This document shows positions 1-10,065 of a stretch of DNA of 64,000 bases, piece by piece. Position 1 is the first letter of the stretch; the number at the start of each line of letters is the position of its first letter. Source of the DNA: Myxococcales bacterium (GTDB lineage: Bacteria; Myxococcota_A; Polyangia; Polyangiales; Ga0077539); assembly GCA_016792845.1 (NCBI GenBank), contig JAEUKH010000006.1, forward strand, positions 62,899 through 126,898, in the 5' to 3' direction. The notes beneath the pieces are model-generated. The model made no database searches and was not told the DNA's origin. It worked only from the letters and a program-made list of their open reading frames with translations. A program made the position numbers and the translations under genes.

Positions 1-146
1 GGCGCGGGGGTCGCGGCGGGCGCGGGCCGCGCAGGCGGCGGGCGCACCGGCGGGCGGGGCTGGGCGTGGGCGGTGCCGAGGTGCACACCCCAGGCGAGGC
101 TCAACGACGCGAGCAACGAACGAGGCGCAAGAAAGCGAGCGGTCAT
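1..146 (-). CDS. secreted protein, N-terminal fragment (gene continues past the window start)
   Basis: Hand-translated and not in the ORF track. Minus-strand ATG at 146 is preceded by GGAGA. The product MTARFLAPRSLLASLSLAWGVHLGTAHAQPRPP... looks like a signal peptide followed by Pro-rich sequence. Confidence 0.45.
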   Translation of the reverse strand, partial: MTARFLAPRSLLASLSLAWGVHLGTAHAQPRPPVRPPPARPAPAATPA

Positions 147-194
147 CGTCTGGGAGTCTCCAGCGCCGCAAACTACCGACGTCGCCGCAGAAAT

Positions 195-2009
195 TCAACG
201 CCCCCGCGCGTCACCCTCGATGCGCTGATCGAGGGCCTCGACCGCGGCACGCGCGGCGCGGTCTCTGCCCCCGAGGGCCTCGACCGCTTCGGCCATCTGG
301 GCCAAGACCGCGCGCTGATCTCGCTCGAAATTCTCGTTGATTCGCTCCCACTGGCGCGCGAGCTCTGCGAGCTGAAATTCCAGATCTTCGGCCGAAGCTA
401 CGGCGTCACGGAGCACCTCTTCGCAGGCCGCGAGCTCCCAAACGAGGGCGTCGAGTTTGGGGCCCGCCTCGGTTTGGGCGCGGGCCCGGGTGAGCTCGTC
501 GTGCCGCGACGCGGCGGCGTCTCGGGCGCGGTGCTTCACCGAGAGGTCGGCCGCGAGGGTGTCGCTCGCGTGGCCGATGTTGGTGCGAAACGTGCGGGCC
601 TCGGCCTCCATCGCGAGGAGCCGCTCGCGGCACCCGAGCACCACGTCGCGGCCCGCCTCGATCTGCGCCACGGCGCCGTGAAGGGCCCTCACCGCGGCGG
701 CCACGGGCTCGGGGATCTCAGCCCAGTACCGCGCGTCGAGGGCGCTCTTGAGCCCTCCCACGAAGACGCTCCACCCTTCGGCGAGCACCAAGGGGTCGTC
801 GCTCTCGGGCACCGACACGTCGAGCACCCCGAGCCGCGCCGGGGCCTCATACTCGAGCGCGACGTGGGCGTTGGGCTCGACCGGGGTGAGCTCGGTGTCA
901 ACAGGCTGGCTCGGCTGGAGCGAGCGCCGCACCCGGGTCACCGACTCGTCGTCGCGCCCGATGCCGTCGATGTGAACGGGCGGCCCGAGGGCGAACAGCG
1001 AGCGGTGATCGGGCAGCACCGGCGTGGCGTCGGCGAGGGGGTCGGCGTCGAGCACGCGCAGCACCCGGTCGATCTCTTCGAGGAGGTGAAACGCGTCGAC
1101 GAAGCGGTCTTCAGGCTTCTTTTCGAGGAGCCGCAGGATCAACCGCTCGACCGCCTCGGGCAGCGAGGGCACCCGCACCCGAGGCGCGACCGGCGGCTCG
1201 ACGACGTGCTTCAGCATCAAATCGCCGATGTGGTCGCTGTCAAAGGGCAGGCTCGCGGTGACCGTCTCGTAGAGCACCACCCCGAGCGAGTAGAGGTCAG
1301 AGCGCGGGGTGAGCGGGCCGCCGAGGGCGTACTCCGGGGCGATGTAACCGGGTGTGCCAAACACCTTGTTGGCCTGTGTCAACGCGGGCGCGTCGAGGAG
1401 CTTCGCGATGCCAAAATCGAGGAGCTTCACCAGGTCTGTGCCATCGTCGCGTGACACAAGCAGCACGTTGTCGGGCTTGAGGTCGCGGTGCACCACGTTC
1501 ATGAGGTGGGCGCGACCGAGCCCCATCGCGATTTGACGGGCGATTCTGAGCGCGCGCCGGGGCGCCAGCGGGCCACGGCCGAGCGCCGCGAGGAGGCTCT
1601 CGCCTGGCACATACTCCATCACGAGGAAGACGGTGCCGTCGCCGGTCTCGCCGAAGTCTGTGATATCAATGATGTTTTCGTGCTGGATGCGGTTGACCGC
1701 GCGGGCCTCTCGCAAGAAGCGGTCGCGCTGGATCGGGTCGTGGGCCAGCTCGCTCCGTAGGATCTTCACCGCGGCGATACGGTCGATCACGGCGTGGCGC
1801 GCGAGGTACACGCTCGACATGCCGCCGCGCCCGAGCCGGGCCACGAGGCGGTAGCGCCCCGCCAGGGTCGCGCCCACCCAGGGGTCGGGGCTGTCGCCGA
1901 GCACGGTGCCGTCTCGGGGGCAGCGAAAGACCCCTGCGTCGAGCACGTCACCGCAGGTCTTGCAACGATTTCGCCGGTCATGCTCGCGGCGCACGGCGCT
2001 CATCGACAA
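195..2009 (-). CDS. Hanks-type Ser/Thr protein kinase with an N-terminal zinc-ribbon-like motif and a long helical C-terminal region
   Basis: 604-aa ORF. Kinase motifs are GRGGMSSVY (G-loop), AAVK, HRDLKPDN, DFG and GTPGYIAPE. The N-terminus has CKTCGDV...FRCPRDG. The C-terminal ~300 aa has no recognisable motif. Confidence 0.9.
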   Translation of the reverse strand: MSMSAVRREHDRRNRCKTCGDVLDAGVFRCPRDGTVLGDSPDPWVGATLAGRYRLVARLGRGGMSSVYLARHAVIDRIAAVKILRSELAHDPIQRDRFLREARAVNRIQHENIIDITDFGETGDGTVFLVMEYVPGESLLAALGRGPLAPRRALRIARQIAMGLGRAHLMNVVHRDLKPDNVLLVSRDDGTDLVKLLDFGIAKLLDAPALTQANKVFGTPGYIAPEYALGGPLTPRSDLYSLGVVLYETVTASLPFDSDHIGDLMLKHVVEPPVAPRVRVPSLPEAVERLILRLLEKKPEDRFVDAFHLLEEIDRVLRVLDADPLADATPVLPDHRSLFALGPPVHIDGIGRDDESVTRVRRSLQPSQPVDTELTPVEPNAHVALEYEAPARLGVLDVSVPESDDPLVLAEGWSVFVGGLKSALDARYWAEIPEPVAAAVRALHGAVAQIEAGRDVVLGCRERLLAMEAEARTFRTNIGHASDTLAADLSVKHRARDAAASRHDELTRARAQTEAGPKLDALVWELAACEEVLRDAVASAEDLEFQLAELARQWERINENFERDQRAVLAQMAEAVEALGGRDRAARAAVEALDQRIEGDARGR

Positions 2010-2048
2010 CCCCCCATCGGGGCCGTCAAACCCCGAAAGACCCCGCGG

Positions 2049-2972
2049 TCAGCGTACCACCGGGAGGTTTGGGTCACCGGCCCATTCGGCCATCGACCCA
2101 TCGAAATTGCGCACCCGGGCGACGCCCCGCGCCGCGAGGCTCACCGCGGCCATCGCGCTGCGCACCCCGCAGGTGCAATACACCACCGTCTCGGCGTCGG
2201 GGTCGAAGCCCGCGTCGGCCAGCGCGCGGAGCAGCTTCGACGACGGGATCAGCCGCCCGCTCGTGTCGAGGAGGCTGCGCCAATCGAGGTGCCGCGCGCC
2301 CGGAAGGTGGCCGCCGCGGAGCTCGCCGTAGGGCGTCGCGCCGTTGTACTCGCTGGCCGAGCGCACATCGAGGATCTGCTTGGCCCGCGCCGCCAGGGCC
2401 ACGTCGGCGCGAAACTCTGGCCGCGGTTGGGCCACGAAGCTGCCGGGGCGGGCCCGCGCAGACGAGCTCACCACGGGGCGCCCGGCGTTGCGCCATGCCG
2501 CAAAACCGCCGTCAAGGAGCGCGATGTCGGGGTGACCCAAGAGGGCCAGAAGCCATGCCGCGTGCCCCTCTTCGCCCCACCCGAGCCCCGCCGCGCCGTA
2601 CACGAGCGTGGGGCGGCCGCTGTCGACCCCGAGGCTGCTCAGGGCCTGCGCGATGGCCTGCAAATCAGGCTTTACGCGCCCCCGTAGGGCGCCCTCACCG
2701 GTGAAGGCCTGCCAGGCGTAAAGTTGTGCCCCCGGCATGTGCCCCTGGGCGAACGACGCCGCGTCTCGGGCGTCGAGCACCGCGGCCCCGCGCGAGACCA
2801 GCGAGGTCGCCCCGCGCACGTCAACAACCCGCACAGGCATGCGGAATTGCGGCGGTTCAGACGCGCCCCCCGCGGAGGCAGAGAACAGCGTCAACGCTGC
2901 CAAAGTGAGTGGCGCGAGCAGGCGCAGGAGGATCACAACTGACTGTGTGCCCGTCTGTACGCCCCGCGTCAA
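2049..2972 (-). CDS. tandem-rhodanese sulfurtransferase, probably exported
   Basis: 307-aa ORF with a hydrophobic N-terminus (LLRLLAPLTLAALTLFSASA). It has two rhodanese-like halves, and the second carries the active-site loop VYCTCGVRSA. Confidence 0.8.
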   Translation of the reverse strand: MTRGVQTGTQSVVILLRLLAPLTLAALTLFSASAGGASEPPQFRMPVRVVDVRGATSLVSRGAAVLDARDAASFAQGHMPGAQLYAWQAFTGEGALRGRVKPDLQAIAQALSSLGVDSGRPTLVYGAAGLGWGEEGHAAWLLALLGHPDIALLDGGFAAWRNAGRPVVSSSARARPGSFVAQPRPEFRADVALAARAKQILDVRSASEYNGATPYGELRGGHLPGARHLDWRSLLDTSGRLIPSSKLLRALADAGFDPDAETVVYCTCGVRSAMAAVSLAARGVARVRNFDGSMAEWAGDPNLPVVR

Positions 2973-3065
2973 CGATGTGCCGAAACTCTTTCACGCGCTC
3001 GTGAATACGCCCCCGCGGCGCGACGCCCCGCTCGTCGGAGTGACGCACTCTTGGCACGTCGTGGC

Positions 3066-3740
3066 TCAGGGTTGTGCCGCTGTGCCAGGCTCGCGAGGAG
3101 GCGTCTCAGCTGGGTCGTTCTGTGCCGTGTCGTCTGTGCCATCGAGCGCCCGGAGGAGGGCTTCGAGGAGAGCCTCGCGCCCGCTCCCGACGAGGCCCGA
3201 GACGGGGTAGACGGGTCGACGGAAGTCGCGGCGGAGGGCGGCCTCGGCGCGGCCGCGCTCGGTGGCCGAGAGCTTGTCGATCTTGGTCATCACGATGACG
3301 AAGGGTCGGTTGATGAAGTCGAGCCAGTGGATGAGCTGTCGCTCTTCGTCGCTGGCGCCGCGGCGGCCGTCGATGAGCACCACGACGAGGCGCAGCGAGG
3401 CGCGCCGCGCGATGTAGGCCTCGATGAGGGTCTGCCAGGCCACGCGCTCGTCTTTCGAGCGCTCGGCGAAGCCGTAGCCCGGCAGGTCGGCGATGACAAA
3501 TCGCTTGTCGTTTCGAAGCGTTGTCGTAAAGAGGACGACGCCCCGGGTGCAGCCCGGGGTCTTCGACACCCTGGCCAGCGAGCGGCGCTGCGTGAGCTGA
3601 TTGAGGAGCGTCGACTTGCCGACGTTGCTCTTGCCGGCGAAGGCGATCTCGGGCAGCTCGGGCGAGGGGAGCGAGGAGCCGGGGCGCGCCTCGGCCCAGA
3701 ATTCGGCGGCGAGGCAATCGAGCGGCGAGGCCGCGCTCAG
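3066..3740 (-). CDS. engB: ribosome-biogenesis GTPase YihA/EngB
   Basis: P-loop AFAGKSNVGKSTLLN, DLPGYG (G3) and TKIDK (G4). The track ORF extends to 3917 but overlaps murJ. The true start is probably near the murJ stop; I chose the CTG at 3740, and this start is uncertain. Confidence 0.75.
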   Translation of the reverse strand: MSAASPLDCLAAEFWAEARPGSSLPSPELPEIAFAGKSNVGKSTLLNQLTQRRSLARVSKTPGCTRGVVLFTTTLRNDKRFVIADLPGYGFAERSKDERVAWQTLIEAYIARRASLRLVVVLIDGRRGASDEERQLIHWLDFINRPFVIVMTKIDKLSATERGRAEAALRRDFRRPVYPVSGLVGSGREALLEALLRALDGTDDTAQNDPAETPPREPGTAAQP

Positions 3741-5446
3741 GCCGTGAGACCGAGCCTTTTCGCCAGCGCCGCGACCCTGCGGTTGCGCAGCAGCCGCGCG
3801 CGAAGGGCGTTGAGCTCGGGGATGCGAAGGAGCCATGCGGCGAGGAGATACACCGTTCCGAGCAGGGCGCCACCGGCGAGGCAGACGATTCGTGCGCTCA
3901 GCGTGGCGCGCTGCCACGGTACGACGCCGACCAGGAGCCGCGCGGCGAGCACCGCGGCGGCCGAGGCGACCAGCGATTTTACCAGTGTTTCTGAGACTCT
4001 ACGCCACGGCACGGCGATCTCGCGCTTCAGCGCCACGGCCAGCAGCGCGAGCTGAACGAGGGTCGACCCTGCGATCGCCGCGGCGATGCCGGCGTGCCCG
4101 AGGGGCGCCTTGAGCGTCGCGGCGAGGGCGATGAAGGCCACGAGGTCGAGGGCGCTGATCACCGCGGGGGTTCGCGTGTTCTGCGCGGCCGCGAAGGCCG
4201 CTGTGAGCTGTCGCACCATGGCCAGCAGGGCGACGTTGACGGCCTGCCAGCGCAGCGACGCCACCACCGCGACGATGGCCCCGGGCCCTGCGCTGTGGAA
4301 GCGCCCGTACCCGTAAATGAGCGGCACGACGGCCTCGCCGTAGCTCGCCAGGATCGCCGCCACGGGCACCGCCACGAAGGTCGCGAGGCTCAGCATCGCG
4401 CCCACCATCTCGGCCGCGCTCTGCCGGTCGTCGGCCTTCATGGCGCGCGAGAGCTCGGGCAAAAAGCTGTTTGCGATCGCGAGGATGAACAACCCCTGGG
4501 GGATGTCTGCGATGCGCTGGGCGTACGAGAACCAGCTCGTGGCGCCGCCCGGGAGGCTGGCCAGGAAGCGGTTCGAGAGCACCACGTCGATCTGGTAGAT
4601 GGCCACGGTGAAGAGCTGCGGGCCCATCAACGCGAGCGCCTTGCGCACCGCAGGGTGGCGAAGATCGAGCACCGGCCGCGGCAAGAGGTCGAGGCGGTAG
4701 AGCGAGGGCAGGAGCGCCGCGAGCTGGAGCGCGCCGCCCAGGAGCGCCGCCCACGCGAGGCCGTCGACCGCGGGGCGATGCAGCGAGACGGCCAAAGGCA
4801 CGAACGCGACGGGCGCGACGAGGAACGACACGTTCAACAGCGCGGGCGCGAAGGCCAGAGCCCCGAAGCGACCCAGCGACTGCAAGGTGCCCACGCCGAC
4901 CGCCGCGGAGCCCATAAAAAAGATGTACGGAAAGAGCTGCCGCAGGAGGTGCACCGCGAGGCCGAAGCGCGCCGCGTCGCCCCCAAAATCGCCCACGAGG
5001 AAGCGCATCACCGGCTCTGCGAAGAGCACCCCGAGCGCCGAGAGGGGCACCAGCACCGCGAGGCTGAGCGCCCGGAGCCGTGCCACCACGGTGCGAAGGG
5101 CGAGGTGGTTCGTGATCCGTAACTGCTCGATTTCAGACTGAGAATCAGCGTCCGTAGGGCGGCCCTCGGGGGGCGCCTTCGGGGGCGCCGGGGCGAAGGC
5201 CGCGTCGCCGCGGAGCAGCGTCGACGAGAAGATCGGGACCAAGGCCGCCGAGAGCGCGCCCTCGGCGAGCAAGGCCCGAAGCGCGTTCGGGATGCGCCAG
5301 GCGATGAAGAACGCGTCGGTCTCGAGCACCGAGAAGCTGGCCGCGATGAGGGTCTCGCGAACCATGCCGAGGAGCCGCGAGACCAGCGTGCCCAGCGTCA
5401 AGAGCAGGGTGCGGCGACCGACGGTCTTCGACGACGGGACTGCCAT
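3737..5446 (-). CDS. murJ: lipid II flippase MurJ/MviN
   Basis: 569-aa polytopic membrane ORF. The N-terminus LGTLVSRLLGMVRETLIAASFS..TDAFFIAWRIPNALRALLAEGALSAALVPIFS is characteristic of the MurJ family. Confidence 0.85.
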   Translation of the reverse strand: MAVPSSKTVGRRTLLLTLGTLVSRLLGMVRETLIAASFSVLETDAFFIAWRIPNALRALLAEGALSAALVPIFSSTLLRGDAAFAPAPPKAPPEGRPTDADSQSEIEQLRITNHLALRTVVARLRALSLAVLVPLSALGVLFAEPVMRFLVGDFGGDAARFGLAVHLLRQLFPYIFFMGSAAVGVGTLQSLGRFGALAFAPALLNVSFLVAPVAFVPLAVSLHRPAVDGLAWAALLGGALQLAALLPSLYRLDLLPRPVLDLRHPAVRKALALMGPQLFTVAIYQIDVVLSNRFLASLPGGATSWFSYAQRIADIPQGLFILAIANSFLPELSRAMKADDRQSAAEMVGAMLSLATFVAVPVAAILASYGEAVVPLIYGYGRFHSAGPGAIVAVVASLRWQAVNVALLAMVRQLTAAFAAAQNTRTPAVISALDLVAFIALAATLKAPLGHAGIAAAIAGSTLVQLALLAVALKREIAVPWRRVSETLVKSLVASAAAVLAARLLVGVVPWQRATLSARIVCLAGGALLGTVYLLAAWLLRIPELNALRARLLRNRRVAALAKRLGLTA

Positions 5447-5719
5447 GAGCGACCGCGACGTACACCGCCCCGTGCGCCCGACGCAACAAGCGCGGTGCCT
5501 CCGGCGGCGAGGCCGCGCGGCGCGCAGAAGCGCCCGGTGCGACGGGGGCTCCGTCGGGGGGCGATGCCGTGGGCGCGGCGCCTCCCGAGGGGGCGTCGGA
5601 GCGCGCGAGGCATCGTCGGGGCCGATTCAGGTCGCGGTGAGGTGCGCCCGGGGCCCCGGGCGACGGCGGGCGATGGCGGGCGATGCGGGGCCGCCCATGG
5701 GGTACGATGCGGCGACGCG

Positions 5720-8242
5720 ATGGCACTCTTCGATCGGTTCGAGCGGTTTCTTGACCAGGTGATCCCGCCGCCCGAGGAGGCGGTTCGGGCGGTACGGCAC
5801 GGCGAGAGGCTCCTCGCGGCGGGCGACGCCGACGCGGCGCTCCGGCTGGCCGAGCGGGCGTTGCGTGAGGCGCCGGGGTTCGTGCGCGCGCTGACGCTCC
5901 AGGTCGACGCGCTCTCGGCCCTCAAGCGGCCCTTCGATGCGTTGCAGGTGCTCGAGTCGGCTCACGCGGTGACGGTGATTCCGGTCGAGCTTCTGGCGCG
6001 CGGGGTGGCGCTCGCCGCGGCGCTGGGTCTCGGTGCGCGCGCGGCAGACCTTGACGCCTCGGTGCGCGCTCGGCTGAAATCTCCCGACCGCGAGGTCGCC
6101 AACCGCTTGAGCGCCGCGGCCCAAAGCCTCATCGACCGCGGCGACGACGCGCTCGGGCTGCGGCTCGCGCGCACCGCCACCCTGGCCGACGCCCAGGCCG
6201 TCACGCCGTGGTTGCTCCTCGGGCGCGACGCCGTGCTCCGGGGCGACCGGGAGCGGGCCCGCGACGCCCTCGATCGCGCCCTCGCCAGGGCCGACCTCGT
6301 CGACGCCAGCGGTCACCGTCAAATCGCTGAAATTGCATCATTTCTTGGCGACAAGGGGCTCGCGGTGCGGGGGCTCCGCCGGGCCTGGATCCTGGGTGAC
6401 GAAGACGCCCTCGGGGCCCTCCTCGGCGCGCTGGCCGAGGGCGACGACCGGCAGGCCTTCGAGAAGGTGCTCGCCGACGCGCCCGGCGGCGTGGGCGAGA
6501 TCGTGCGGGCCCTCGACGCGCTCTCGCGCGGTGATGACCCCGCGGCGCGGGTGGTGCTCTCGGCGGTGCGGGGCGGCGGCGTCGCGTCGGGCCTCTGGCC
6601 GTGGGCGTTGCGGGTGCTCCTGCGGGCCGACCTCGACCTCGCGGCGCAATGGTGTCGTAGTGCCCCGGAGCGAGACGGTAGCGCCGCGGTGCTACGGCTT
6701 CATGAGGCCAAGATCCTTATTGAAACGGGCGATCGTCGCGCGGCGCTCGGGGCCCTCGGCGATGCGCTCGACGCGACGGCGACGCGGGCCGAGGCCGAGG
6801 CGCTGTTTCGTCGTACGTACCGAGAGGTCTGGCGCGCCGGACTCGACGAGGCCCTTGAGACCGTCGCGGCTCTGGTGGCGACGGGGCCCGCGGGCGAGGC
6901 CTGCGCGGCGTCGCTGCGCTTGCTCAGGCAGGGCCTCAGCGCGCCGTTGCGGGTGGCGCTCTTGGGGGAGTTCTCGGCGGGCAAGAGCACGTTCTTGAAC
7001 GCCCTGGTCGGTGAGACGGTGTCGCCGATGGGGGTGCTCCCGACCACGGCGGCGGTGCACTGGCTGCGCTCGGGGCCTCGGGCGGCGCGGGTGGTGACCG
7101 ACCGGGGCTGGGTGGTCGAGTCGTCGATCGACGAGGCGCCGCGGGTGGCGGCGCGGCTGCGGCAGGAGGGTCAACAGATCGAGCACGTCGAGGTGTGCCT
7201 TGAGCGGGGATTGCTCGCGCGGCTTGAGCTCCTCGACACGCCGGGCTTCAACGCCGGCGAGCCCGCCCACGAGGCCGCCGTGCGCCGCGCCTTCGCGCTC
7301 GCCGACGTGGCGCTCTGGCTCTTTGACGCGCGGCAGGCCGGGCGCATGAGCGAGCGCGAGCCGCTCGAAGCCGCGCGCGACGCGGGGGTGTCTGTCTTCG
7401 GCGTGCTCAACAAGGTCGACGGTCTCAGCGCGGCCGAGCGCGAGACCCTGGTCGCGTACCTCAACAAAATGCTCGGCGAGCTCGCGCCCTGCGTCCACGC
7501 CGTCAGCGCGCGCGAGGCCCTCGACGCCGAAGGGCGAGGGCGCGCCTGGGAGGCCCTGGTCGGGTGGATCGACGCCCACCTCGTCGGCCAGCGCGAGGCA
7601 TGGAAGCGCGCCCGGGCGGCCTCGAAGGGGGGCGCGGTGCTCGATCAATTCATTGGTGAAATCGATGAGTTAGACCGTCATCGTCGGCGCGCGAGCGACG
7701 CCCTCGACGCCCTCGACGTGGCGCTGCGGGAGCTCGCCGAGGCGTTGCCCGCGGTGGTCGAGGCGACGCGGTACGAGGTCCAGGTCTCGCTCGCGGCGCA
7801 GCTTCAGGCCTTGGGCGCGGGTCGGGTCGAAGACCGCGAGAGCCTCATCGAAGACGCCATCGCCGAGGCCGCCTGGCGCGCGCGAAAGAAGGGCCTCGCC
7901 GCGCTCGGTGAGCCCCTCGCGAGGGTGACCGCGCTGGCCGTCGAAGCGGCGCTCGTGCCGCGTGAGGTGGTGGCGCTCGTGACCGCGCCGGTGGGCGCGC
8001 GACTCGACGCCGCGGCCGCGCTCGGTGCCGCCGATGCGCGTGCTTCGCGCAGCGCGCTCTCGTCGGTGGTGGGGCGCGCGCAGGGCGCGGCGGCGGTGCA
8101 CGCGCGGCTCCCTGGCGACGCCCTCGAAGCGCTCGAGATCGCCATCGATGCGCGGCGTCGCGAGGTGGTCGCGGGGGGCGCGATGCGGCGCCTCGCGGTG
8201 ACGGTGTTGCGCGAGGTGCTGGGTGAGGTCGCGCGCCCGTAG
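5720..8242 (+). CDS. dynamin-family large GTPase with a ~400-aa N-terminal TPR-like helical region
   Basis: In-frame ATG at 5720 (MALFDRFERFLDQV). GTPase motifs are GEFSAGKSTFLNALVG (G1), DTPGFN (G3) and NKVD (G4). The upstream 75 codons of the track ORF are Arg/Gly-rich and unlikely to be coding. Confidence 0.75.
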   Translation: MALFDRFERFLDQVIPPPEEAVRAVRHGERLLAAGDADAALRLAERALREAPGFVRALTLQVDALSALKRPFDALQVLESAHAVTVIPVELLARGVALAAALGLGARAADLDASVRARLKSPDREVANRLSAAAQSLIDRGDDALGLRLARTATLADAQAVTPWLLLGRDAVLRGDRERARDALDRALARADLVDASGHRQIAEIASFLGDKGLAVRGLRRAWILGDEDALGALLGALAEGDDRQAFEKVLADAPGGVGEIVRALDALSRGDDPAARVVLSAVRGGGVASGLWPWALRVLLRADLDLAAQWCRSAPERDGSAAVLRLHEAKILIETGDRRAALGALGDALDATATRAEAEALFRRTYREVWRAGLDEALETVAALVATGPAGEACAASLRLLRQGLSAPLRVALLGEFSAGKSTFLNALVGETVSPMGVLPTTAAVHWLRSGPRAARVVTDRGWVVESSIDEAPRVAARLRQEGQQIEHVEVCLERGLLARLELLDTPGFNAGEPAHEAAVRRAFALADVALWLFDARQAGRMSEREPLEAARDAGVSVFGVLNKVDGLSAAERETLVAYLNKMLGELAPCVHAVSAREALDAEGRGRAWEALVGWIDAHLVGQREAWKRARAASKGGAVLDQFIGEIDELDRHRRRASDALDALDVALRELAEALPAVVEATRYEVQVSLAAQLQALGAGRVEDRESLIEDAIAEAAWRARKKGLAALGEPLARVTALAVEAALVPREVVALVTAPVGARLDAAAALGAADARASRSALSSVVGRAQGAAAVHARLPGDALEALEIAIDARRREVVAGGAMRRLAVTVLREVLGEVARP

Positions 8243-8376
8243 CCTCGCGTGATTCGTGCGGTGATCGCGGGGGGATTTGAGATGCAATCGGGGCGCCAAG
8301 GGTCTACGATGCGGCCTGCTTTTGGACGAGCGCGACGCTGTGCTGACGGCTCGCTTCAGGGGCTTTGAGAGTGTCC

Positions 8377-10065
8377 ATGGAGTTCAAACTCGTACCGCAG
8401 TTGGCGCAGAAGTTCGTGATGACGCCGCAGTTGCAGATGGCGATCAAGCTGCTGCAACTGAATCGGCTCGAACTGATCGATGCGGTGCGCGAAGAGTTGA
8501 TGGGCAACCCGATCCTCGAAGACTCCGCCGACGTGCCCGACCCTGGCGCCGCCGCCGCCGAGGCCGCTGAGACGCCCACCGTCGACCGGGTCGACGCCAT
8601 CGACGCGCGCCGCGCCGACGCGCCGTCGGGGCCCGAGGAGCGGGCGGCCACCGAGGCCACCGCGCAAGAAGATTATTGGGAGAAGTTTCTCGACGCGTAC
8701 GCCAATCAGACGCCGCTCCCTACGCAGCAGCGCCTGTCGAGCGACGACATGCCCTCGCTCGAAGCGACGCTCTCGTCGCGCTCGTCGTTGTCAGATTACC
8801 TTGAGGGTCAGCTCCGTCTCACCTTGCTCACCGACGCCGAGATTCGCTTCGCGACGCTGGTGATTCACAACCTTGATGACAACGGGTACTTGAACCTCCA
8901 AGGGGTCGTGATCGACGTGCCTGACAAGCGCGCCGAGAAGAAGGCCGAGCGTGCGGCCGAGCGCGCCCGCGAGAAGGCCGAGCGGGCCCGCGAAGAGCGC
9001 GAGGCCTCGGGTGAAGACCTCGACGACCTCGACGCGCCGTCTGAGCCCAAAGAAGAAGAGCCCGTGCTCAAAGAGCCCGGGGGCGACCCTGAGGCGGTGG
9101 CCAACAGCCGCAGGGCGTTGACCATCGAAGACCTCGCGGTCTCTGCGGGGCTCGACCCCGAAGACGCCGAAGAGGTGCTGCGCATCATTCAGCACCTCGA
9201 CCCTGTCGGGGTGGCCTCGCGCGACCTGAGAGAGTGCCTCCTCGTGCAAGCCGAGGTGCTCGGATACGACGACGAAGATGTCGTCTGGCAGCTCATCGAT
9301 CGGCACCTGCCGAACCTCGAGCGGCGTAACTTCTCGGCCATCGTGCGCGACCTGCGCTGCGAGCTCGAAGACGTCTATGAGGCGGCGAAGCTCATCTCGA
9401 CCCTTGAGCCGCGGCCCGGCCGTAACTTCGTCAGCGAAGACCCGGCGTACATCACCCCTGACGTGTATGTGCAGAAGTCGGGCTCAGACTACATCGTGAC
9501 CACCAACGACGATGGCATGCCGCGGCTCAAGATCAATGAGCAGCAGGCCAAGGCGCTGATGAAAGACCCGAAGGCGAAGGAGTTCGTCCAAGGGAAGTTG
9601 AACAGCGCGAAGTGGTTTGTGCGCTCGCTCGATCAGCGGCAAAAGACCATCGTGAAGGTCACCCAATGCATCGTCGAGAAGCAGCGCGACTTCTTTGAGA
9701 AGGGCATCGAGTTTCTCAAGCCGATGATCTTGCGCGATGTGGCAGAGACCGTGGGCATGCACGAGAGCACCATCTCGCGCGTCACCACCAGCAAGTATGT
9801 GCACACCCCCCGGGGGATCTTCGAACTCAAGTACTTCTTCAACAGCTCGATCAGGCGCATGGCCGAAGAAGACATCGCCTCTGAGAGCGTGAAGCAGGCC
9901 ATCAAGAAGATCATCGGTGAAGAAGATCCGCGGAGCCCCTTCAGCGATGAGCAGATCGTGAAGAAGCTTGAGACGCAGAAGATCTTGATCGCGCGGCGCA
10001 CGGTGGCCAAGTACCGCGAGATGCTCGGGATCCTGTCGAGCGCCAAGCGCAAGCAGTACTTCTGA
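8377..10065 (+). CDS. rpoN: RNA polymerase sigma-54 factor
   Basis: ATG at 8377. Region I is MEFKLVPQLAQKFVMTPQLQMAIKLLQL. A C-terminal HTH and the RpoN box (ARRTVAKYREMLGI) are present. It contains a highly charged insert, KRAEKKAERAAERAREKAERAREEREASGEDLDD. Confidence 0.95.
   Translation: MEFKLVPQLAQKFVMTPQLQMAIKLLQLNRLELIDAVREELMGNPILEDSADVPDPGAAAAEAAETPTVDRVDAIDARRADAPSGPEERAATEATAQEDYWEKFLDAYANQTPLPTQQRLSSDDMPSLEATLSSRSSLSDYLEGQLRLTLLTDAEIRFATLVIHNLDDNGYLNLQGVVIDVPDKRAEKKAERAAERAREKAERAREEREASGEDLDDLDAPSEPKEEEPVLKEPGGDPEAVANSRRALTIEDLAVSAGLDPEDAEEVLRIIQHLDPVGVASRDLRECLLVQAEVLGYDDEDVVWQLIDRHLPNLERRNFSAIVRDLRCELEDVYEAAKLISTLEPRPGRNFVSEDPAYITPDVYVQKSGSDYIVTTNDDGMPRLKINEQQAKALMKDPKAKEFVQGKLNSAKWFVRSLDQRQKTIVKVTQCIVEKQRDFFEKGIEFLKPMILRDVAETVGMHESTISRVTTSKYVHTPRGIFELKYFFNSSIRRMAEEDIASESVKQAIKKIIGEEDPRSPFSDEQIVKKLETQKILIARRTVAKYREMLGILSSAKRKQYF

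Noticed and set aside
66-1454. 462-aa plus-strand ORF
   Set aside because: Antisense to the Ser/Thr kinase gene. The composition is an artefact and no motifs are present.
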